Shown: positions 27,401-37,294 of the stretch, in pieces
Layout: each line of letters opens with the position of its first letter
Position numbering within the stretch: the first letter of the stretch is position 1
The notes under the pieces: model-generated
Told to the model about the DNA's origin: nothing
The model's input: the letters and a program-made list of their open reading frames with translations, nothing else
The model's database searches: none
Virus record (IMG/VR): IMGVR_UViG_3300036851_000411
Coordinates: 18,134 to 82,133 of that record
Reading direction: 5' to 3' (one strand)
Length of the DNA: 64,000 bases
From: a virus
Position numbers and translations under genes: made by a program

Positions 27401-28846
27401 GCCAGGGTGACGGAACTCTACAACCTCAAGCTCAAGGCCCTCAACGACGAGGTGGCGCGCGCCGCGGCCAGCATCGGGGCCAACGTTGGCGCACGCGAAG
27501 CGTTGTTAGGCGGGCGGGGCGACGAGGCGCAGGGGATCGCTGCCAGGGAGACGGCCGCCGCCGCGCTGTTCGAAGCGCAAAAGCTCTATCAGGCCGGCAC
27601 CATCAGCGAGGAGCTGTTCAAGCGACTCGCCGCCGTCATCGAGGGCGAGCTCAATCGCTCGCTCGATCAGATCGCGCAGGAGGCGAAGCAGCGCGCTGGC
27701 GATCTCGAGGCGCGTCGGCTCACGGCGGCTGGCCAGACGCAGGAAGCCGACGCGCTCCGGTTCAAGCTCGCACAGGAGAAGGAACTCAACGACGCCGTCG
27801 CAGCCGGCACCTCGGCGGCGGAGATCGCCACGCTCCGATACGTGCAGGCGCTGGAGGCCGAGGCGTTCGCCAAGGCGCAGGCGCAGCAGAAAGCTGACGC
27901 CGCGGGCGAGTTCCAGGTGCGCGCACTGCTCGCGCAGGGCCGCACGCAGGAGGCCGACGCCATGCGGATCCAGCTCGCCAACGAGAAGGAGCTGCGCGAC
28001 GCGCGCGAGCTCGGCATCGAGTCGCTGGTGAAGGAGACGCAGGCGCTGGAAGCCGCCACGCGCGCTCGCGAGGCTGCTGCTGCCGCCGCCAACGCGCTGG
28101 CCGATCTCGAGATACGGAAGCTCCAGGCGGAGGGCCGAACCGCCGACGCCGATGCGCGACGGCTCGATCTGCAGCAGGCGCAGGAGCGCGAGCAGTTCGC
28201 GAAACAGTTCGGCGAAGACTCGCCGGTCTTCAAGCAGCTGCTGGAAGTGCAGCGGTTGGAGAAGGAGCGAAAGACCGCCGAAGCCGCCAGCGCCCTTGCG
28301 GGGAGCACCAGCGCCGCTCCAGGCCCGAGTAATGGTGCCGTGGTGTCGAGTGGGTTCCAGGCGATCTCGCGCGAGGCGGGCGATCGGTTGGCCGACTACG
28401 GGCGGACCGCGCTCATCGTGTTCCGCGAAATCCGGCAGGATACGGCGACGCTCCCGAAACTGCTGGACGCGTTCCGCGCCGGCCAGTTCCCGTTAGGGGG
28501 AGCGTTAGGCGGTCCGACGGCGGCACCCGCGGCGATCGCGCCGTCACCAGCTGCCAGTGCGTTCGCCCAGACTGCCACGACCGCCAGCCCGGGTTTTGTG
28601 TCCGCGTTCGGCGCGGGATCGACCGGAAGCACCGCTCCGCCGAGCACCGGCACGCACGGCCCGCTCATCGGGCAGATCACATTCGACGTGGTGGTCGCCG
28701 CCGATGTGCCCGACGCGAAGGCGAAAGGGCAGGAGATCGCGGACGCCGCGCTGGAGCGCTTCATGGAGCGCATCGACGAAGGGCTCTTCGACCGTCTCGC
28801 TCGCCAGGACGCGGCGCGCGGTAGCACCACGCTGAGCATCCAATGA
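24461..28846 (+). CDS. Tape measure protein (probable CTG start)
   Basis: Tape-measure domain QLGQAFSSARLSGDELRSVLENAP; long Ala-rich helical body; GGAG 8 nt before the in-frame CTG. Confidence 0.92.
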   Translation: MSTYTLNIAINAGPAQAGGQLVVRTLEEIKAAAQQTVAAVSQSNQLLGQILGAVQTGAQQGANGVKQLSAQVSALQRTMQSAWAVAKQWLAFAGIGLGVKQLIDYADGYRLVEGRIKLTTKSTDELRAVEAKLFEVANATRTSYAATADLYSKVARSSGELGISQRQVVTLTQAVGQALQISGASTGEATAATLQLGQAFSSARLSGDELRSVLENAPRLAKAVADGMGVTVGQLRTLGSQGKLTGEAVAKAILSQADALNREFKSVPLTIGQSFTVLGNYIQRYVGWSDRATGASALLARTIILLAHNVDLLANFAIYAGVVFLLYRNLTLLTAGMAIARVAVLALAAGNWAGVASTLGLTAAVNGLKAAIASTGIGLLLIAIGAIAVALYTWYQRTKQQKEALRELSDEIKKQKQASDSARASVLNEAAADQIRQQQQLEALRRSGPKALERVQNVQSDENAALEEGKRLYGEYVKKSEEAAQARGKAITVERDFTKALAGGNKEAQAFLLIAAETALRKRAVTTETELVTKAIEIQNDRLEKEADAWATVGQAVRQAQRDGAGLKTLTTAYQNAETRARAAAGASGGYALALGNELRAIENYVKEAERATEIGEAINGLSFDAAAIVTKEMNARYKLADALDEQTRKTKDLARLQAEAQNRQLKATLPSTPPKSAFAQANDAEEGDIAARIQARAQEMKLIVENVFRGMQESAAQFFLNVFTQGIRSFRDLFNSIRLLFLQMLAQLAAAKLVTKLRDTIRAQVGGVSEDGLTKIAPTSPGYGTAASKLGAAGQVAGAVGFVASIITGFGNTLAKSRDQAKYGGAALGFAAFGPVGALAGAALSLAGFDKKAKAAAKAMAEAQKEFARNLDSFVATAFGTGSGLADALRANQQARDELRKEANVALSGKKNEKVRNQQLEEIDTATKANAARLAKEFTDGIEAQINALTGKSDLNARAALEKEYAENLRNAAAAGSDAARVTELYNLKLKALNDEVARAAASIGANVGAREALLGGRGDEAQGIAARETAAAALFEAQKLYQAGTISEELFKRLAAVIEGELNRSLDQIAQEAKQRAGDLEARRLTAAGQTQEADALRFKLAQEKELNDAVAAGTSAAEIATLRYVQALEAEAFAKAQAQQKADAAGEFQVRALLAQGRTQEADAMRIQLANEKELRDARELGIESLVKETQALEAATRAREAAAAAANALADLEIRKLQAEGRTADADARRLDLQQAQEREQFAKQFGEDSPVFKQLLEVQRLEKERKTAEAASALAGSTSAAPGPSNGAVVSSGFQAISREAGDRLADYGRTALIVFREIRQDTATLPKLLDAFRAGQFPLGGALGGPTAAPAAIAPSPAASAFAQTATTASPGFVSAFGAGSTGSTAPPSTGTHGPLIGQITFDVVVAADVPDAKAKGQEIADAALERFMERIDEGLFDRLARQDAARGSTTLSIQ

Positions 28847-28966
28847 ACGGCGATCACGTGCTAGTCATCCCGCCGATCGTACCTGCCGGCACGTCGATGG
28901 TCATCGCCATGGTGCACGACGGCACCGTCCTGTACGTCTACATCAACGGCAAGGAGGTGTTAGGCC

Positions 28967-29764
28967 ATGGCTGACCTCCTGCTGAGTGACGTGGATGTGG
29001 CGAGCTTCGGCGTCACCGTCTCGGAGTGGGATGGTGTACTGCCGCCTCCCGACATTTCGTACGCGACCGTTGCGATCCCGGGCGTGGAAGGGACCGTGCT
29101 CGAAAGCGATGAGCCGATCGTCGCAGCGCGCTCATTCCGGGTGAAGGGCGCGGTGGAAGCGGCGTCCGTCGCGGCGCTTGAGACCGCGGTGCGTGTGCTC
29201 CTGCGGTGGATCCACCATAAGCGGCTCGTCGGGATCCGCACTGGGCACGATGCGACGAAGGTTGCCTACGGCCGGCTCACCAAGTGCGACTTTCCGAACT
29301 ATCCGCACCAGCTCGTGCAGCCACTCGTGAAGGTCGACCTCACGCTGGAGTGCCACGACCCGCTCTGGTACGCGGTGACGCCGACGGCACTCGCGTTCAC
29401 AACGGCCACGCAGGTGCCGTTAGGCAGCTGGCGCGTGCGGAAAGGCGTGGTCCGACTGACGGGCGTCCAGAACACGCCGACCGTGAGCATCACGGACTGG
29501 AATGACGTGGCCGTCTCGAGCTTCACCGTAGCGGACAGCGTGCCAGGCGCGAGCGACTACATCGAGGTCGACGGCGGCGCGCAGAGCTGCATCAAGAGCG
29601 TGAGCAGCGTCATCACGAACATCATCGATAAGTTCTCGGGCGCGATGCCGGTGATCGACATCGCGAACGCCAAGGACGATTTCAGCGTGTGGCCGAAGAT
29701 CGCGCGGACGGCCGTCTCGGGCACGCCGGCCGGGCTGTTTACGTACGCGCCGACCTGGCTCTAA
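28967..29764 (+). CDS. Distal tail protein (Dit-like)
   Basis: Follows the tape measure gene; IPGVEG, LECHDPLWY. Confidence 0.75.
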   Translation: MADLLLSDVDVASFGVTVSEWDGVLPPPDISYATVAIPGVEGTVLESDEPIVAARSFRVKGAVEAASVAALETAVRVLLRWIHHKRLVGIRTGHDATKVAYGRLTKCDFPNYPHQLVQPLVKVDLTLECHDPLWYAVTPTALAFTTATQVPLGSWRVRKGVVRLTGVQNTPTVSITDWNDVAVSSFTVADSVPGASDYIEVDGGAQSCIKSVSSVITNIIDKFSGAMPVIDIANAKDDFSVWPKIARTAVSGTPAGLFTYAPTWL

Positions 29765-29778
29765 TGAGCGCGCGTTAG

Positions 29779-32700
29779 GTGCCAGCCGCTACGTCGAAGT
29801 TTCTGCACCTTGCCATCCGCGACAACCCGCGGTGCGTGAGCGGCTCGCTGCAGCTCGGGATCGACCAACATCCTATCTCACTTCTCGAGGTCGAGCGCGA
29901 CACCGACGAGGACGCGCTCACCTTTGAGCTCGCGTCGGACAGTCCGCTCCTCACGCTCGTTCGGGAGCGGCGCGTGGCGTCGGTCCACTATGCGGGCAAT
30001 CCCGCGACCGATTTCGACGAGTGGCGCATCATCCAGCCAGCGCGCCAGCGGAAGGGCCCCGGCCGCCGCTGGGAAGTCGTCTGCGCGCCGATGGTGTGGG
30101 ATCTGGCGCTCCCCGGCGTGCTCGTCGACCCGACGCTCTTTGGCGAGCAGCGGCAGGTCATCCGCTTCGCCGGAGCCACCGTCGAGGAAGCCTACGACGA
30201 GTTTGTCGCGCCGTTTCTCATCGACAAGGGCTACACGTGGATCGGGAAGGGGCTCATCGTCCCAACCACGCCGCTCACGGACGCGCGCGCCTCCTTCGCC
30301 ACGCCGCTCGAGTTCCTGCGGTTCTGTGCCGGTGCAGTCTCGACGCCAGAGATCACCTATATCGTGAGGCTCCGCCGGAACGGCGTCACGAACTATCTGG
30401 TCGACATCGTCGAGCGCGGCACCGATGCGGCCGGCGATCCGCTGCCGATCGCCGACGTGCGCTACGGGAAGAATCTGATCGACGCGCGCATCGAATCGGA
30501 CGGCCGGGAAGTCGCGACCGATCTCGAGGCGAAGGGCACGGAGATCCCGATCACGGGCGGGTTCTACACGATCGCGCGCACGGGCTTCAAGATCACCGCG
30601 AAGTCAACCGACGTGTTGACGGTGGCGGACCCGGACCCCGATGGCGGGCCGATGATCCGCGAGGACGACCAACTCGTCGGCCGCTATCTGCAGCCGACGA
30701 GCGCGGCGGTCCCGCCCAAGCTCATCACCGACTCCGACGCTACGGCGCAAACGCTCACGATGGCGAGTGGCGCGGGCGCATCGTTCGCGGTGAACGACAT
30801 CGTCGAGCTGCGGGCCGATACGAGCGGCACCCTGGTCACGAGCCTCTCAAGCCCGGCCGCGCGCGCGCGGTATGCCGGCAGCATCATCACGCGCGTCGTC
30901 GAGCGATCGGACCTCACGGGCGAGCGGAACCTTCACCCGAACGCGTTTCTCCGCGACTACGCGAACTCGTCGAGCGTGGCGGACGGCTTCACCCTCACGA
31001 GGATCGACGCCGGGGGGGCCAACGGGACGATCGTGCGCGACAGCGACCCGACGTATGCCATGTTCGGGCCGTACACGATGCGGATGCGCAACAATTTCAA
31101 GGGCCTTGGCATCCAGGGGATTCCGTTCGGGGTCGCGGGGGCGCCTGGTGCGGATCGGATGAGCGTGATGGTGCGCGTCGCGTTCCGATCATGGCAAAAG
31201 CCGAGCTGGATGCGGGTGACGCTCCTGCAGACCGTCCCGCTCGTGCTGGGGCTGCCGGTGGTGCTCGCGACGATCCTGCTGCAAACCCCGGATAATGCCT
31301 TTGGCGGCGTGTCGGTCATTCAGGGGTCGTTCAAGGACATCATCCTGCAGGACATCCCCATCCCCACGAGCCCGATCACCTGCCGGGTCGATGTCGAGGC
31401 GGTGACGCCGAGCGACGAGCTCACGTTAGGCGCGTGGTACGATCTCCATGTCGGCCCGTACATGGTCGTGCAGTATGCGCGGGGGCCGGAGAGCTATAGC
31501 GAGTTCGGGAACGCGAACAAGCTGTATGCCGCGGTGCAAAAGGCGTTCGAGGCGGTGGTGCTGCCGATCGACACGTACCGCGTGGGCGCGGTCGATTTCA
31601 CGCGATTGGATGGCACCGCGTACCCGTACGATGCGCTCGTGCGGCATGCGCAACTCCGGGTCACCGATGCGGGGCTCCTCGTGCCCAATGGGGAGCTGCT
31701 GCGCATCGCGGGCCTTGAGCGCGACAAGCTGGTCGAGACGAGCACGACACTCGTCCTCGCGTCGCGGCGGAAGACGCTCACCGAGACGCTCCGCGACTCC
31801 GTCGGTGGCGCGGGCACCATCACCATCACGAGCGCGACCGGCTCGGCGGCCACACCACCGCCGACCTCGACGCCGCCTCCGACGACGACGCCGCCCCCGG
31901 GCAGCGGCACGCCAGGCGGCGGCACGCCCGTCACGCCCGGCCCGTTGCCGGACCCGGGCGGTGTGGTCACCGGCGCCCCGGGCAATTTCAGCCTAACGAT
32001 TGTCGGCGGGCCCGCGCTCGTCATCGATCCGGTCCCGGCCGTAGCGACGCGACCGCCGGAATGGGATGTCTCGCCCAAGGCGCACAATTTCAAGAACGTG
32101 AAGTCCATCCGTGTCCAGGTGCCCGTGTTGTCGGCCGGCCCGGCGGACTCGCGGGTGGCGGTGCGCGCGTTGCTGTTTGATGGGGGCGCCTGGCGCTACT
32201 TCAATACCATCGAGTCGGCGCCGTGGGCACCCATCGACGCCGTCATCGAGGCGGACGGCGTCATCCTGCCGTCAACCGGCGCGTGGTTCACCCTGGACCC
32301 GGCGTTGCAAGTCGAGAACGTCATCCTCGAGCCGGTCACGGTCGGGGGCGATGACGCGTCGCCGGCCACGTTAGGCAACGTCTACGTCGATTGCAGTTCG
32401 ATCCTCATGCCGCCGTCGGGCGAGCTGGCCACGCCGGAAATCCCGACCGATGGACTCATCGCCTATTGGGAGCTCACGGAAGGCAGCGGGTCGTCGGTGG
32501 CGTCGAAAGACCCGGCGCCATCGGGCCCATCGCTCACGCTCGGGTTCACGACGGGCACCGAGTCAGATCCGCGATTCGATCCGTCGTGGCAGACTGGCCC
32601 ACGGCGTTTGCGGCCTGCTGGGTTCGACCTCGTGTATTCGGCATTTAGCCATCTCGCGAATATCCCATCGTACGCTGCCGGCTCCGCGTGCTTCATGTAC

Positions 32701-33162
32701 GTCGATGTCACGACCTTTGGAGGCTTGGCGAAATTCTTCATGGGCACGGGCAACTCGCCCTACGTCTATCGGATGGGGGTCGACGGGTCGAATAAACTGT
32801 TCGCGCAAATTACCGAGGATTCGGGCGGGACACCGACACGCACGGCGACCGGCACGACGACCATTTCCAACGGATCGAAGCATCTCGTCGGATTCATTCA
32901 CGACGGCACCAATCTCAAGGTTTACGTCGATCCCGTTGACGGACTACCCGAAGGCACTGTGGCGTGTGCGGCGGCGCTGTTCGACGCGACGACGGACCTC
33001 ATCATCGGCGGTGGCGCCTATCCGCCAGGCGCCGGTCAGCCTGACAACTTCGATCATGGCGATGTGGTATACGCATCGGGCGCGGCGGTCGCGAACCTAA
33101 CGCCCGATAAGATCGCGGAGCTCTACGCGAAGATGAAGCTCACCTACACGGCGCTCCCATGA
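29779..33162 (+). CDS. Tail tip/central fibre protein with C-terminal LamG-like domain
   Basis: VRYGKNL tail-protein motif, Pro/Thr linker, GLIAYWELTEGSG..HDGTNLKVYVD. Confidence 0.75.
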   Translation: MPAATSKFLHLAIRDNPRCVSGSLQLGIDQHPISLLEVERDTDEDALTFELASDSPLLTLVRERRVASVHYAGNPATDFDEWRIIQPARQRKGPGRRWEVVCAPMVWDLALPGVLVDPTLFGEQRQVIRFAGATVEEAYDEFVAPFLIDKGYTWIGKGLIVPTTPLTDARASFATPLEFLRFCAGAVSTPEITYIVRLRRNGVTNYLVDIVERGTDAAGDPLPIADVRYGKNLIDARIESDGREVATDLEAKGTEIPITGGFYTIARTGFKITAKSTDVLTVADPDPDGGPMIREDDQLVGRYLQPTSAAVPPKLITDSDATAQTLTMASGAGASFAVNDIVELRADTSGTLVTSLSSPAARARYAGSIITRVVERSDLTGERNLHPNAFLRDYANSSSVADGFTLTRIDAGGANGTIVRDSDPTYAMFGPYTMRMRNNFKGLGIQGIPFGVAGAPGADRMSVMVRVAFRSWQKPSWMRVTLLQTVPLVLGLPVVLATILLQTPDNAFGGVSVIQGSFKDIILQDIPIPTSPITCRVDVEAVTPSDELTLGAWYDLHVGPYMVVQYARGPESYSEFGNANKLYAAVQKAFEAVVLPIDTYRVGAVDFTRLDGTAYPYDALVRHAQLRVTDAGLLVPNGELLRIAGLERDKLVETSTTLVLASRRKTLTETLRDSVGGAGTITITSATGSAATPPPTSTPPPTTTPPPGSGTPGGGTPVTPGPLPDPGGVVTGAPGNFSLTIVGGPALVIDPVPAVATRPPEWDVSPKAHNFKNVKSIRVQVPVLSAGPADSRVAVRALLFDGGAWRYFNTIESAPWAPIDAVIEADGVILPSTGAWFTLDPALQVENVILEPVTVGGDDASPATLGNVYVDCSSILMPPSGELATPEIPTDGLIAYWELTEGSGSSVASKDPAPSGPSLTLGFTTGTESDPRFDPSWQTGPRRLRPAGFDLVYSAFSHLANIPSYAAGSACFMYVDVTTFGGLAKFFMGTGNSPYVYRMGVDGSNKLFAQITEDSGGTPTRTATGTTTISNGSKHLVGFIHDGTNLKVYVDPVDGLPEGTVACAAALFDATTDLIIGGGAYPPGAGQPDNFDHGDVVYASGAAVANLTPDKIAELYAKMKLTYTALP

Positions 33163-33467
33163 GCAATCGCGCTCGCCTGCTCGGGATCGAAAGCGCACCA
33201 ACGGGCCAGCTCGAGGGCTGGGGCCAGTTGGCGAGCGGCGTGTGGGTGAAGGCGAGCGGCACGCCGAGCGCCGGCAAAGCGGTCGTGGTCAACGCGACCG
33301 GCGATGGCTTCGTGTGGGGCGCCGCCAGCGGGGGTAGCAGCGCAACGTCCGCTGCGCTCACGGCCGCGCTCCAGGTCGACGGGGATGCCCGGGTCCGAGA
33401 GTCGGCAGGCGGCGGCACCATCAACGAAGAACAAGTGGTCTTGCTCGCTCAATTCTACGGAGCCTAA
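33159..33467 (+). CDS. Small tail-associated protein
   Basis: Coupled, Gly/Ala-rich. Confidence 0.55.
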   Translation: MSNRARLLGIESAPTGQLEGWGQLASGVWVKASGTPSAGKAVVVNATGDGFVWGAASGGSSATSAALTAALQVDGDARVRESAGGGTINEEQVVLLAQFYGA

Positions 33468-33470
33468 CGC

Positions 33471-33827
33471 ATGGCACTCGCGAAGCTGAAACTCTCAGGG
33501 TCCACGGATGGGAAGCCGATCAAGGTCGCGGCCACCGCGATCGGGTCCGGCACGACCATTCACACCGCGCAGTCGGGCACCTCGTTCCTCGATGAAATCT
33601 GGCTGTGGGTGTCGAATACCGACTCGGTTGAGCGCACGCTCACCATCGGGCACGGCGGCACGACGGACCCGGATGACCTAACGCTCAAAGCCGTCACGAT
33701 CGCCGCGAACTCTGGCCCACAATGCATCTCGCCAGGGCTCCCCCTGCAGAACTCCCTCATCGTGAAAGCCGCGGCGAGTGTGGCGAACGTGCTCACGATC
33801 ACCGGCCACGTCAACCGGCAGAGCTAA
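33471..33827 (+). CDS. Virion structural protein
   Basis: LSGSTDGKPIKV..DEIWLW..GHVNR phage family. Confidence 0.65.
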   Translation: MALAKLKLSGSTDGKPIKVAATAIGSGTTIHTAQSGTSFLDEIWLWVSNTDSVERTLTIGHGGTTDPDDLTLKAVTIAANSGPQCISPGLPLQNSLIVKAAASVANVLTITGHVNRQS

Positions 33828-34933
33828 TGACCGGGCGTCGTGGGACTCCGTGGGATGAGCACCGACTGACGAACGTCGGGGCTGGTGCGGGCGTGTTCAA
33901 GCGAAAGACGGCCGGTGCGCTCGAGCTGCGCACGATCACCGGCGGGGTCGGCATCACCGTCACGGAGAACGCGAACGAGATCACGCTCGACACTGGTGGC
34001 GGCGGCGGCGGGACGTTCGACCCGAATTACACCGTCGCCGATGGCATCCGCCAATCGCCGTGGATTCCCGAGTTGCGCCGCATGGTGGTCGCGCGCCGTA
34101 ACTCCGGCCTGATGGTGTTCGTTGATCCCGTCTTGAAAACGACGGAGGAACGCACCGCGCACGGCGCGACGACCGATGCAACGCCGACCTGTGCATACGA
34201 CCCGACGAACTTCCAACTCTTTGTCAGCAACTACATCAACGGCGGAGGGACGAAGGTCCACGTCCTCGATCTCACCACGCTACAACGCATTGCCGAAATA
34301 ACCGTTGGCACTGGCCCGCTCGGCATCGCCTGGTGCCCGACGAACGACTGCATCTACGTCGTCAACGTTTTTAGCAACTCTGTTTCGGTCATCAGCACAT
34401 CGTCGCTCACAGTCGTGGCGACCGTAACAGTCGGGACGCTGCCCATTGGGATCTGTTATTGCCCCTCGAATGACTCGATGTACGTCGGGAACCGCACATC
34501 GAATTCTGTCTCGGTGATCGCCTGCTCGAGCAACACGGTCACGGCGACCATCACGTCGATGGGCGCGGCGGATTGCCCGTTCTACGTGCCGAGTAGTGAC
34601 GAAGTCATCGTCACCGCAACAACGGCGAACGTTCACAAGTGGATCAATCCATCAACAAACGTCGCCACGTCGCTCACGACGAACGGATTTAGCAATTGTC
34701 GTGGTGGCACCTACGTCCCGCCGACGGACGAATACTGGATGGCTGCCGGGAACGGTCGCTTTGAGGTCTACGATGCCGCGACCAATAATGCCGTCACGAC
34801 CATCACGACGGCGGGGGTGGGCGCGCCTGCCTATTGTCCGATCACCGAGCAAGTCATCTATCGCGATGAAGGGGAAAGCTATTGGGCGATTATTGATCCG
34901 GCGACTCGGAATATTGCCTACATGGGATTCTAA
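33827..34933 (+). CDS. YncE/YVTN beta-propeller protein (putative receptor-binding)
   Basis: Repeats YVVNVFSNSVSVI and YVGNRTSNSVSVI. Confidence 0.75.
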   Translation: MTGRRGTPWDEHRLTNVGAGAGVFKRKTAGALELRTITGGVGITVTENANEITLDTGGGGGGTFDPNYTVADGIRQSPWIPELRRMVVARRNSGLMVFVDPVLKTTEERTAHGATTDATPTCAYDPTNFQLFVSNYINGGGTKVHVLDLTTLQRIAEITVGTGPLGIAWCPTNDCIYVVNVFSNSVSVISTSSLTVVATVTVGTLPIGICYCPSNDSMYVGNRTSNSVSVIACSSNTVTATITSMGAADCPFYVPSSDEVIVTATTANVHKWINPSTNVATSLTTNGFSNCRGGTYVPPTDEYWMAAGNGRFEVYDAATNNAVTTITTAGVGAPAYCPITEQVIYRDEGESYWAIIDPATRNIAYMGF

Positions 34934-34952
34934 CCATCCAACCGCCACCGCA

Positions 34953-35411
34953 ATGAACCCGACCAATCTTGAGCTCGTGAGGTGGGTGCTCGGAGTCGCC
35001 GGGACGCTCGTTGTCACGGCGATCACCCTAGCGTGGCGCTTCCATCGTCACAGCATGAGCGAGGTACGGCGATCGACGGAGGAAGCCGGGAAGCAAACCG
35101 CCGCCATCACGAAGATTTCGACCTTTCTCGAGGAGACGCTCCCTCTCAAGCTGGGTGAGGCGCAGAGCAACGTCGTAGACCGCGTCACGAAGAACTCGGA
35201 CTTGGGATTCGAGCGAGTGAACGGCCGGATCGACGGCATCGATTCGATGTACCGAGGCCTCACCCGCGAGCTGGACGGCGCGAAGGGCGACATCAAGCGG
35301 CACGACGCGCAGCTCGACGACCACGCCCAACGGATCGAGCGCCTCGAGGAAACGCCCCTCAATCGCGTGCTGGGCTGGCCAGGCACGCAGGCGCCGCCGA
35401 AAGCCGACTGA
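34953..35411 (+). CDS. Single-TM coiled-coil protein (holin-like)
   Basis: N-terminal TM helix, ends RIERLEE; precedes lysis genes. Confidence 0.55.
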   Translation: MNPTNLELVRWVLGVAGTLVVTAITLAWRFHRHSMSEVRRSTEEAGKQTAAITKISTFLEETLPLKLGEAQSNVVDRVTKNSDLGFERVNGRIDGIDSMYRGLTRELDGAKGDIKRHDAQLDDHAQRIERLEETPLNRVLGWPGTQAPPKAD

Positions 35412-35448
35412 TCGCCGACTGGCGCCCCAAAGAACATACCGTTGTGTC

Positions 35449-35465
35449 TATGTGATTATCGCATA
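35449..35465. promoter_or_regulatory. 17-bp palindromic operator, copy 5, within a promoter
   Basis: TATGTGATTATCGCATA within TTGTGT-16-TAGATT. Confidence 0.8.
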
Positions 35466-35476
35466 GATTCAGCGGC

Positions 35477-35899
35477 ATGGTTCCCGAGAGCACGACCGTG
35501 CCGCGGGGGTGGCCAGACCCGCACAACACCCCGTGGGGCTACTTCATCGGCCATCCGAAGACGGAGTGGCTCTTCGGTGACGACGGGGACCGGATGCGGC
35601 TCTGTCAGGACTTCGCGTACTGGGACCGCCGGTCGATCCGCTGGGTCGCGCGCGAAGGGCTGGAATTCGACGGCGCCAGCAAGCCGCGGTTCTTGTGGTG
35701 GGGCGGGGGACCGTACGAGGGCCGCTATCGTCGTGCGGCGATCATCCACGACGCGCTCTATCACGACCGCCGCGTCGATCGCGCCACGGCGGACCGCGTC
35801 TTCTACGAGGGCATGCGCGCGGATGGCGTGAGCGCGACGCGCGCGCTCCTCTACTACTGGGCCGTCCGCTGGTTCGGCCCGCGGTGGGAGCCCGAGTGA
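35477..35899 (+). CDS. DUF1353 protein
   Basis: FDGASKPR, AAIIHDALY, ADRVF, WAVRWFG. Confidence 0.85.
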   Translation: MVPESTTVPRGWPDPHNTPWGYFIGHPKTEWLFGDDGDRMRLCQDFAYWDRRSIRWVAREGLEFDGASKPRFLWWGGGPYEGRYRRAAIIHDALYHDRRVDRATADRVFYEGMRADGVSATRALLYYWAVRWFGPRWEPE

Positions 35900-36576
35900 C
35901 GACGGCGCATGCGTTCCCGACCTTTCGCGTGCTCGCGCCGGAGCTCCGGCCGCGGCGGTTGCAGCTGGCGTCGCGCCACTGGCCGGTGCCAGGGCGATGG
36001 CTCCGACCGCAAGGGCAGGGGCTGCCCGACCCGAACTGCACGCAGCTCCAGAAGAACATCGTGCTGCGCATGCACGTCGATCTGGACGAGCTGGAGCAAC
36101 CGTTAGGCAGCAATTGCTCGCCGTACGTCAACGAGCTGAAAGTCTGGGCGGGGTTCGGCGCCACGGAGGACGTGCCGTGGTGCGCGATCTGGGTCGCGCG
36201 GGTGTGGGTCGACGCCGGAGCGACGGTGCCACGCGACTTCGCGTCAGTCGACAACTGGCTGCCGTACCTGGTGCCGTTCGACAGCCTCTCGCCGCGCCAG
36301 CGCGTTGGTTGTGCGATCGCCTACGGGAAACGCGGAGCCGGTGACCCGAGCGCGGACGTGGCGGACATGCGGCGGCGCGGGTGGGACGGCAAGCACCTCG
36401 AGCTCATCAAGCGCGAGCACCCGGAGCTGACACTCGTGCAGGGCGGGAACCGCGGGTACGCGGGCCTCGTCGGCAAGCTCGATCTCGGTCCGAACACCAA
36501 CAACGGGTTCGCGATCGATTCGGCGCCGCTCGTCCGCACCGACGTGCTCGGGCTGATCATCCCGGCGGCGGCCTAA
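35896..36576 (+). CDS. CHAP/NlpC-like endolysin
   Basis: EQPLGSN, PWCAIWV, HLEL, QGGN. Confidence 0.65.
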   Translation: MTTAHAFPTFRVLAPELRPRRLQLASRHWPVPGRWLRPQGQGLPDPNCTQLQKNIVLRMHVDLDELEQPLGSNCSPYVNELKVWAGFGATEDVPWCAIWVARVWVDAGATVPRDFASVDNWLPYLVPFDSLSPRQRVGCAIAYGKRGAGDPSADVADMRRRGWDGKHLELIKREHPELTLVQGGNRGYAGLVGKLDLGPNTNNGFAIDSAPLVRTDVLGLIIPAAA

Positions 36577-36578
36577 CG

Positions 36579-37292
36579 ATGGCCGCCCCGATTCCCGTGT
36601 TCTGGCTGGAGCTGAGCGACCAGCAGCGCGTGTGGCTGCGCCGCCATCGCACCGGGCCCTGTGGCGATCGCGGTGAGCATTCCTACCACAACGCGATGGC
36701 GCTCAAGTATGACGTGATCGGTGCCCACATCACGCTACGGGGCGATGTGAATGGTGCCGGCGCTGAGGCGAAGCCCGGTGGCGGGCTCGATCTCATCAGC
36801 GCTGATGATCCGCTCTGGCCAACGCACTGCGAGCACTGCGGCTGTGCGTTCCACCCAACCGACGATCCTAAACAGATCTTCGCGCATGCGCTCTACAGGG
36901 GGGCGCCCGACGGGAACCTCTACACGCTGGTGGACGCGCCGGTCGGCGCGATGTGGAACGCGGACTGGTTGGCGGATCTCGCATCGGGATGGGGCACCGG
37001 GCCGGATGGGTTGTCGCTGCACGTGAAGACCCCCGGTGGCGATTGGTGCCCCGATAACGAGGCGTCGAACTGCGACCGTACCCAGTACGGCCCGAAAGAG
37101 ATCGACGGCGTCCTGCACAACAAGGTGTGGCTCGGCCGCACTCACTACTGCTGGGTGCGACACGGCGATCCACGTCAGCCGTCGACGCTTCATATCGACA
37201 AGAACGGCACCACGTGCGGAGCCGGCGCCGGTTCGATAGCGCAGGAGACCTGGCATGGGTTCCTCCATCACGGCCACCTCGTGACGGCCTAA
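36579..37292 (+). CDS. Cys/His-rich protein with DUF6527-like C-terminus
   Basis: GPDGLSL, HYCWVRHG, GSI..WHGFLHHG. Confidence 0.6.
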   Translation: MAAPIPVFWLELSDQQRVWLRRHRTGPCGDRGEHSYHNAMALKYDVIGAHITLRGDVNGAGAEAKPGGGLDLISADDPLWPTHCEHCGCAFHPTDDPKQIFAHALYRGAPDGNLYTLVDAPVGAMWNADWLADLASGWGTGPDGLSLHVKTPGGDWCPDNEASNCDRTQYGPKEIDGVLHNKVWLGRTHYCWVRHGDPRQPSTLHIDKNGTTCGAGAGSIAQETWHGFLHHGHLVTA

Positions 37293-37294
37293 CG

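Noticed and set aside
28843-28974. 43-aa ORF resembling a LamG fragment (HDGTVLYVYING)
   Set aside because: Coupled to both neighbours but too short to call with confidence; may be a remnant
29779-34933. Diversity-generating retroelement or invertible tail cassette
   Set aside because: No reverse transcriptase, TR/VR pair or invertase seen
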